A stretch of DNA of 54,952 bases, taken from positions 1 through 54,952 of IMG/VR virus record IMGVR_UViG_3300031269_000018. One strand, written 5' to 3'. Of this stretch, positions 26,860 to 33,234 are shown piece after piece. The DNA comes from a virus. Lineage: Duplodnaviria > Caudoviricetes. Under the pieces are notes generated by a model. It was not told where the DNA came from, searched no databases, and worked only from the letters and a program-made list of their open reading frames with translations. The first letter of the stretch is position 1, and the number at the start of each line of letters is the position of its first letter. Position numbers and translations under genes: made by a program.

Positions 26860-27092
26860 TATTTACGATCCTCTGTTAGAATTTGAACCGGGCCTTTGTC
26901 TTTGTAGCTCCAGATAAAAGGGATCTCATAACTCAGGTCCCCGGTTACCTGGTCGATAAATGTGATCACATTACACTTGAATTCGTAATTTTTTATGATC
27001 TCGGTTGTCTCCGGTGTCACTTTTATATAAATATCACTGCACCAATTTGACAGCGGCAAGCCTGTAGCTATTAGTTGATCAAGTATTTTCAT
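26859..27092 (-). CDS. Hypothetical protein (start revised to MKILDQLIA)
   Basis: ATGA overlap with upstream stop at 27089-27092, GAGG RBS. Confidence 0.65.
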   Translation of the reverse strand: MKILDQLIATGLPLSNWCSDIYIKVTPETTEIIKNYEFKCNVITFIDQVTGDLSYEIPFIWSYKDKGPVQILTEDRK

Positions 27093-27532
27093 ATTGAAAC
27101 CCTCTTTTGTAAGTGAATGAAGAAACCAAAAACGCGTGAAGCGTTTGCAGGCTTTGCATATTTTGTTATCTTTGCCCAAGTGTATAAAAGTTCAAGCTCT
27201 GACTGTTCAAGCTGATTAGGATCTTTATTAAAGTCAATATGCATACTTAAAACACCCTTGGCCATTGCGCGGGTGGGCTTGGTTGGGTACTGTATTTTTC
27301 CGTGTGTGTTATGCGCGTCAATATCTAAACGAGCGCAGCACTCGCGGCTTGTGCCACATTCAAGGTTGCATTGACACGTTTTTGATCCATCTTCTTCAAT
27401 AAAATATAGATCAACCGTTTGCCACTCGTAATGATTGCCCGCTTTATAAAAGATATTAGAGCCACTGTGCGCTAATGTTTCATTTGATAGATCGATATCA
27501 AGTTTTAAAATTTTAGGTGTTATACGTTTCAT
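27089..27532 (-). CDS. Hypothetical protein
   Basis: 147 aa; preceded by divergent hairpin-RBS element. Confidence 0.7.
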   Translation of the reverse strand: MKRITPKILKLDIDLSNETLAHSGSNIFYKAGNHYEWQTVDLYFIEEDGSKTCQCNLECGTSRECCARLDIDAHNTHGKIQYPTKPTRAMAKGVLSMHIDFNKDPNQLEQSELELLYTWAKITKYAKPANASRVFGFFIHLQKRVSI

Positions 27533-27600
27533 TTTTGTAATTTCCTTACTTTAGTTAACATCACATAACCAACTTTAAAAGCTGGCTATAGGATAGCAAA
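27533..27600 (-). repeat. Early hairpin-RBS element, divergent copy E
   Basis: TATAGCCAGCTT/AAGTTGGTTATG stem + AAGTAAGGAAATTAC RBS; lacks CGGA box. Confidence 0.6.
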
Positions 27601-28986
27601 CTATATAAGCGCGATTTGTCCGGGCTTGGCGGTTTCTGGCATTTCGTGCACTTTACTGTCAGTTAAAAACACCGCTTTATAGTCGTAATCTGCCCGGCCA
27701 TATTTATCAACGCCCATTTTAACGAATCCGATCCGGATCCTAAACGTCTTGCATTTTGATAATATGGTGCTCTTGTGGTCGTTTCCGATCCCTTTGTACT
27801 GCTCTTTTGTAAGCTCTACTTGGTCAAGCTCTCGCGCTCTGTAGCCGCCTTGCCAGGTAACAGGTTGATCAGTCTTAAAGTTTAAGATAGGGATCGCAGC
27901 CTTAGCACTGGGGGCGCGTTTTGCTGGTACTTCATAACCAACTGACTGCATGAGCTCGCGCCATTCTTGATCGTCCAGCTCAAGATCACAACTGCTCGAT
28001 AAGTGAAGCGGCAAGCAAACCGAACTAGTGACGGTCCAGGCTTCGTTTTTTAACTCTGCTTTTGGTTTATCTGCGCCGTGGGCCCTCAAGAATGTTTGCA
28101 GCACTGCCGGAGTCAATGCACCGTCATACAATGGCACAATGGCAAGCTGTCCTTGCTCGTATGCTAAGCGGTTTAGAATATGGTTGATTATCCTTGCCCG
28201 TCTTTTGCTATTAATGCGTGCCGTGTAGATTTCCCGCAGTTTCTCAAGTGCTTGGTCTTCTGTGATCTCTCCTGACTCGATTTTATTATTAAGATCCAGG
28301 TTTCTAGTTTCATACTGGCCGCATAAGTTGTATGTGTAAGTCGTCTTTGATTCTGGCTTCATTTTGTTTTTGACGATATCGATTACATTCAAAGAATGCG
28401 CGGCGTCGTTGATCGCTCGTTGTTGATCGCGTAGGTCTTTAGATAGCGTCTTGATCCTGTTTGAGATGGTGCGCGTGTTGTTCTTGTGGTCTGCATGACC
28501 GATCACGCCTTTCGCCCTCCATACCCAATACCCCACGGCATCGGCTGTGTTGTGTGCGTTATCAATGGCACGCTCGATCTGTTTCTCTGTTTTCTTTGCT
28601 TTGCGTTCTGAATGATGGCCGCTTAAGATTGGTTGATTGTTGCCGATCCGCTGCATCAAGTCATTTGCTGCTAACTGGTAACCATGGCATTGATCCGATC
28701 TCTTTTGAGCCAAGAGAAGCAACCGATCCGCTTTTGCCTCTGCGCGTTCAACCATTGTTAAACCCTCGGGCATAATATCGCCAGCAAGAGCAAGACAAAA
28801 ATCCTCGTTATCAAGTGACCAGTAAGCGACGAACAGCTTTTGAACTGGCGCCCACTTCCACCCGCTTGACTTCAATGCGGACCAGTCTTCGGAGTCAATG
28901 CGGACCTCAGTGTAAATCCTTAGCTTATTGTCTTCGGGTGAATAAGTCGCGCTAAAATCTTCAGCGTTGTACTTGTCAATATTCAT
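27601..28986 (-). CDS. DUF3560-family protein (plasmid leading-region type)
   Basis: ATYSPEDNKLR..WKWAP.Q.LFVA N-terminus and QPILSGHHSERKA motif. Confidence 0.8.
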   Translation of the reverse strand: MNIDKYNAEDFSATYSPEDNKLRIYTEVRIDSEDWSALKSSGWKWAPVQKLFVAYWSLDNEDFCLALAGDIMPEGLTMVERAEAKADRLLLLAQKRSDQCHGYQLAANDLMQRIGNNQPILSGHHSERKAKKTEKQIERAIDNAHNTADAVGYWVWRAKGVIGHADHKNNTRTISNRIKTLSKDLRDQQRAINDAAHSLNVIDIVKNKMKPESKTTYTYNLCGQYETRNLDLNNKIESGEITEDQALEKLREIYTARINSKRRARIINHILNRLAYEQGQLAIVPLYDGALTPAVLQTFLRAHGADKPKAELKNEAWTVTSSVCLPLHLSSSCDLELDDQEWRELMQSVGYEVPAKRAPSAKAAIPILNFKTDQPVTWQGGYRARELDQVELTKEQYKGIGNDHKSTILSKCKTFRIRIGFVKMGVDKYGRADYDYKAVFLTDSKVHEMPETAKPGQIALI

Positions 28987-29061
28987 GTAATTACCTTACT
29001 TAGTTGTTTTCGGATGATTCCGACACTAGACCCTTAATAAAAGGCCTAGTGGCAGATCATT
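28987..29061 (-). repeat. Early hairpin-RBS element, copy F
   Basis: ATGATCTG-C-CACTAGGCCTTT/AAGGGTCTAGTG-T-CGGAATCATCCGAAAACAACTAAGTAAGG. Confidence 0.85.
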
Positions 29062-29155
29062 GCCCTAATAAAAACGCCAGTATAAAAAGAAGCCCTAACA
29101 CGTTAAACGCGATCACAAGGCCGATCAATAGTACTTTGATTAAACGCTGCATCAT
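29057..29155 (-). CDS. 32-aa single-TM hydrophobic peptide (missing from ORF track)
   Basis: MMQRLIKVLLIGLVIAFNVLGLLFILAFLLGQ; TAATG coupling, GGAG RBS; stop inside copy F. Confidence 0.65.
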   Translation of the reverse strand: MMQRLIKVLLIGLVIAFNVLGLLFILAFLLGQ

Positions 29156-29355
29156 TATGTGTTGCTCCAATCGTTGATATTGAAATCAGTGTCATAATGA
29201 TACGCATCAAGAAAAGCGCTCACATCATCAATGGTATACGCTTCAATCTCGCAATATGTCTGCGCCTGATCAATAACGCATTCGACTGGATAACCTGCGA
29301 TACGTAAATAATTGTTATAGTGTTGGTCTAACTGCTGGATCTCTTGTTCTCTCAT
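29155..29355 (-). CDS. Small acidic hypothetical protein
   Basis: 66 aa, TAAGGAAATT RBS. Confidence 0.65.
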   Translation of the reverse strand: MREQEIQQLDQHYNNYLRIAGYPVECVIDQAQTYCEIEAYTIDDVSAFLDAYHYDTDFNINDWSNT

Positions 29356-29385
29356 GGTCTTAATTTCCTTAAAACGTTGTTGTTG

Positions 29386-29619
29386 TTAGTATGTCTTTAC
29401 GACTTTAAAAGCTAGGTTTAGATCGCAACCGTCCCAATCACAGGATGTCATTTCACCATCAATACGAGCAAATACAACAAACTCGGCTATATCATCAGGC
29501 AAGTCGTCATTGCTACAACTAAAAGTAAAGTCATTGCAAATCGTATTTACTACACTGAATTTAATGACAGCGAAGTACAGAACACCGTTATATTGTATTT
29601 CTAAGTCGTTTATAATCAT
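29386..29619 (-). CDS. Small acidic hypothetical protein; first early gene
   Basis: 77 aa directly downstream of early promoter. Confidence 0.65.
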   Translation of the reverse strand: MIINDLEIQYNGVLYFAVIKFSVVNTICNDFTFSCSNDDLPDDIAEFVVFARIDGEMTSCDWDGCDLNLAFKVVKTY

Positions 29620-29708
29620 TTGTGTGATCTCTCTGTTTAGTTGCTAAGTCGCTAAGTATTTATTCAAGTCGTAACGCGGTGGCTGATGCTCTTGATTGCT
29701 TAATTCCT

Positions 29709-29737
29709 AACTTAACAAAGATGTTAAGATAAATCAA
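29709..29737 (-). promoter_or_regulatory. Early promoter with palindromic operator
   Basis: TTGATT-17-TAAGTT with extended TG; CTTAACA-AAGA-TGTTAAG at 29711-29728. Confidence 0.65.
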
Positions 29738-29928
29738 GTAAATCGGCACACCTATTTGTAATTAGAGGGATGAGTCAAGGCTGAGTCAAGAAATAGCAGG
29801 GCTACAGGGTGCGCGGTTGCTGGGTTTCTTTGTTCCGTTGGCTCGGTGCGGCACAGGTCAGGAGGGTGAGACGGTTTCCTTGATCTTAGTATCTGCGTGG
29901 CTTGTAGCTCTGTTACTTAACATTATTG

Positions 29929-30010
29929 TATATATATATATATATATATAGTGTATGTATTATGTATATATGGTGGCTGTGGTGGCTGTGGCTGTGGCTG
30001 TGTGTGTGTG
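29929..30010. repeat. Microsatellite block: (TA)11, GGCTGT-type repeats, (TG)n
   Basis: Directly visible low-complexity tract in non-coding region. Confidence 0.9.
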
Positions 30011-30115
30011 GTCACCAAAGCTGGAACATGGTGAGTCAGTGAGTTAAATGGCTACAGACCACGCCAGGTAAGGGTTAGAGCGGTTCAGGGGGGGTAAGTC
30101 GGTAATCTTGGATTT

Positions 30116-30184
30116 GTACAATAAACGTACATTAGTCAACCTTTTTTCTAATTTGCATTGACAGCAGTACAAAATACGTACGAT
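30116..30184. promoter_or_regulatory. Back-to-back TTGAC boxes each followed by GTAC-N7-GTAC
   Basis: GTACAATAAACGTAC 30116-30130 and GTACAAAATACGTAC 30167-30181, each 3 nt from a TTGAC(A/T). Confidence 0.5.
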
Positions 30185-30244
30185 TTACTTCTTCAAGGGG
30201 TATTTCAAGGTCACCAGTTACTTGAACAAGTCAGATCATGGCTA

Positions 30245-30530
30245 CCTACTGACTACAAAGTCACTCGGACACTAAGCCTCTACCCTTGGCCGACAGCGCA
30301 GAAATTAAGCCAGCCTTGACCGTCAAGTCATGAAGCGACGCCAACACATAGTTACCTGTCAACTTACTTTAAGGTGTGCCGAGTGAGTCAGTACTGAAGG
30401 ATCGCAGACACGACAACGCTTTGTAAGCTGGCTCAGGGCCTAAGAGGGTGAGTCAGTAGCAAGATCGTCGTTATTTTGCTGCTTCCTTACTTCGATCCTT
30501 CGCTGCTACATAAAAACGCGGTAGCAAATC
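30245..30530 (+). ncRNA. Candidate structured RNA or ssDNA element upstream of terminase genes
   Basis: Several nested complementary segments found by eye; no ORF. Confidence 0.35.
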
Positions 30531-30685
30531 ACGCTTAGAAAAAAGATTTCCAGTACCTTTTTGCTTTTCCGTTTTAGGATCTCGGTTTCTGAGAGCTGCG
30601 ATCGCCAGGCGGGGGTTTAGTCTATATTATATATACATACAGTAAGCTTACACACAGAACCAAAAAAATAAAAAACCCAAGGTAC

Positions 30686-30714
30686 TTGACTGCTATTACG
30701 AAAGCTATTAAATT
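30686..30714 (+). promoter_or_regulatory. Possible promoter of packaging/late operon
   Basis: TTGACT-17-TAAATT just upstream of terS candidate. Confidence 0.45.
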
Positions 30715-30733
30715 ACATCTATTTAATTAAGCG

Positions 30734-31555
30734 GTGACACGTATGATTTCAGACTTCATGGCGAAGAAACGAATTGACTGGATAATTGACCCAAGGGTTG
30801 CTGATATCGATGGAACTTGGATGCCTGGTAGCAACGATGTAACGCGAGTATGGGATGTGTGTTCTGCGAGAGAAAGAGAGGCGATAGTTGCATTTATCTC
30901 ATGTGATACTTACGGCGAGGTGATACAACGGATAACAAGTATGTCACTTCAAGCATGTGTTACGCTGTTACAGACAAACAAAAAAGTAGTGTTAGCGGTG
31001 GTTGCAGGTCGCTTGTGTAATTTGCCATCGGATACTGCGCGTTATATGTATTTAGACACGTTGATGTCAACGGTGCATCAGAGGGAAATTCATCGAAACG
31101 AAATCAGTTCAATTATTAAAACGGACAAAGACCATTTAATTGAGTTATCGCAGAAGCTTAAAATTGATGGTGATGGGAAGCGAGATATTTTAAAGCAATT
31201 GGTAGCTTATGGCATGCAGACTAAATTACATGAGGAGGCAGAGCTTGACCATGCGACTGGTTTGGTCAGTAGGCCAGCGGTGTATACATTAGCGGATCCG
31301 AGAATGGCGTTGTTGTCTGTTCAAGAGTTGAATAAGATGGACCATGAGTACAGTGAGGATGAGTCAAGTACATCAAGTACTGAGTCTCAAGCTGAAAGAA
31401 TTAGACGTTTAAGACAAACGGCGCCAAAAGAAATTTTAAAGACATTGAATGACACAGCGAACCGAGAGGCGAAGAAATTGAATGGGATTGCCAAGCAGAT
31501 ATCTAAGCGACAAATGAGTGATCTAGAGAAACTTGAAACAGGTGCTGACGAATGA
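30734..31555 (+). CDS. Probable terminase small subunit
   Basis: Position immediately upstream of and ATGA-coupled to TerL; no diagnostic motif; start uncertain. Confidence 0.5.
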   Translation: MTRMISDFMAKKRIDWIIDPRVADIDGTWMPGSNDVTRVWDVCSAREREAIVAFISCDTYGEVIQRITSMSLQACVTLLQTNKKVVLAVVAGRLCNLPSDTARYMYLDTLMSTVHQREIHRNEISSIIKTDKDHLIELSQKLKIDGDGKRDILKQLVAYGMQTKLHEEAELDHATGLVSRPAVYTLADPRMALLSVQELNKMDHEYSEDESSTSSTESQAERIRRLRQTAPKEILKTLNDTANREAKKLNGIAKQISKRQMSDLEKLETGADE

Positions 31556-33126
31556 ATGCGTCTGAGAAGTTACAATTTGAAAGAGAAAAAGCCCAGGCTG
31601 AGATAGATCAATTTGTGTACTTATGCATGCACGACTTTGAATTTTTTGCTAAAACATGCTTGAAAATTAAGACCAAAACAGATGGTATACAGAATTTAAA
31701 ATTTAACAGAGCGCAGAATTACCTGCAGAGTGTCGTTGATGACATGACAAAAGAGCATGGAAAAGTGCGAGTGATCATTGTCAAAGGTCGTCAGCAAGGG
31801 CTTTCAACATGGGTACAAGCCAGAGGTTATTGGAAAACCAGTCAAAACGAGGGTGTTAAGGCGTTTATTTTGACGCATGAGAACCAAGCAACGAAGAATT
31901 TGTTTGAGATGACCAAGCGATATCACGACAATGCCCCGGTGGATGTAAAACCGTTAGTGAAAAAATCGAACAGGGAAGAGTTAGAATTTCATGAGATTGA
32001 TTCTCAGTACTCAGTTGGTACGGCAAAGACAGGTGATACAGGTCGTTCTCAGACAATACAGTTTTTTCACGGCAGCGAAGTTGCGTATTGGCGAGCAGCA
32101 GAAGATATTTCATCCGGTGCGATGGAAGGCATACCAGAAGCACCTGGTACAGAAGTCTACTTAGAAAGCACAGCTGCAGGTTTCGGTGGTTACTTTCATT
32201 CGATGTGGCAAAATGCAATCTACCCAGGCGAAGAGATACACAGCAAATGGAATGGGTATATTCGGGTGTTTGTACCATGGACCTGGCAGGAAGAATATCG
32301 AGAGCCGCTTAGAGATGCAATGGAATACACTCGAGAAGAAATTGAGTTGAAGCGACTGCATAAACTTGATGATGAGCAGATCCAGTTTCGTCGTATGAAG
32401 ATCGCAAAAATGAAAAACGATGTTTCCCGGTTCCAACGAGATTATCCGCTTACACCTGAGGATGCATTTAACTCATCTCTAATCAATGTGCTGATACAAC
32501 CAAACAAAGTGATGAAGGCTAGGGCCAAAGGCAGATCGAAATACTATCAACCAGTGGGCGTGATGGTATTGGGTATCGACGTAGCAAGGGAAGGCGATGA
32601 TTCTACTGCGCTAGTGCTAAGGCAAGGCCGGATCATGCACTGGTATAAACGCTTCAATAAGTTAGATAACATGGAAGTTGCGGGGATTTGCATTAACATC
32701 ATTAGGCAATATCGCGTTGACTTTGGCTGCATTGACTCGACAGGAGGCTACGGCGCCGGGGTCTATGATCGCATGGTAGAACTAGGTTATGGCAGTAAAA
32801 TAACTGCAGTGAACTTTGGTAGTAAAGCATTCGATGACGAACACTATAAAAACCGTAGAGCCGAGATGTGGGTTGGGATACGAGAGTGGTTGGACGAGGG
32901 TGCGCAGATGCCTGATCGGGATGAAATACAACTTGATCTATGCGCGGTAACCTACAAACACGACAGCACTGGAGAGCGCCTTCAGCTTGAATCAAAAGCC
33001 GATATGAAAAAGCGCGGGATTAAGTCTCCTGACATCGGTGATGCATTAGCTTTGACATTTGCTAGACCTAGAGTAAACTTAAGCGGAAGAGGCGAGTCAT
33101 TTGATCCAGAAGAGTACTTTAACTAA
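31552..33126 (+). CDS. terL: Terminase large subunit
   Basis: KGRQQGLST, SEVAYW, LESTA, GIDVAREGDD, SPDIGDALALTF. Confidence 0.93.
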   Translation: MNASEKLQFEREKAQAEIDQFVYLCMHDFEFFAKTCLKIKTKTDGIQNLKFNRAQNYLQSVVDDMTKEHGKVRVIIVKGRQQGLSTWVQARGYWKTSQNEGVKAFILTHENQATKNLFEMTKRYHDNAPVDVKPLVKKSNREELEFHEIDSQYSVGTAKTGDTGRSQTIQFFHGSEVAYWRAAEDISSGAMEGIPEAPGTEVYLESTAAGFGGYFHSMWQNAIYPGEEIHSKWNGYIRVFVPWTWQEEYREPLRDAMEYTREEIELKRLHKLDDEQIQFRRMKIAKMKNDVSRFQRDYPLTPEDAFNSSLINVLIQPNKVMKARAKGRSKYYQPVGVMVLGIDVAREGDDSTALVLRQGRIMHWYKRFNKLDNMEVAGICINIIRQYRVDFGCIDSTGGYGAGVYDRMVELGYGSKITAVNFGSKAFDDEHYKNRRAEMWVGIREWLDEGAQMPDRDEIQLDLCAVTYKHDSTGERLQLESKADMKKRGIKSPDIGDALALTFARPRVNLSGRGESFDPEEYFN

Positions 33127-33234
33127 GCATAAAACAAGTAACTTAACTAGGTGAATAACATGAGTGAAATACTAATTTATATGTCCAGTCGTGCTAGTTA
33201 GAAATTAAATTGATTGTAGAGAGAGAGAGCTATT

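Noticed and set aside
23635-29061. Repeats as a CRISPR array
   Set aside because: Copies are separated by whole genes of variable length, not 30-40-nt spacers; the only Cas-like gene is a solo Cas4-like nuclease typical of phage replication modules
27533-29061. Repeats as integron attC sites or intrinsic terminators
   Set aside because: No RYYYAAC/GTTRRRY boxes and no integrase; no U-tract follows the stems on the coding strand
30396-30501. tRNA gene in the cloverleaf-like fold
   Set aside because: No TTC T-loop or D-loop consensus, and stem sizes do not fit
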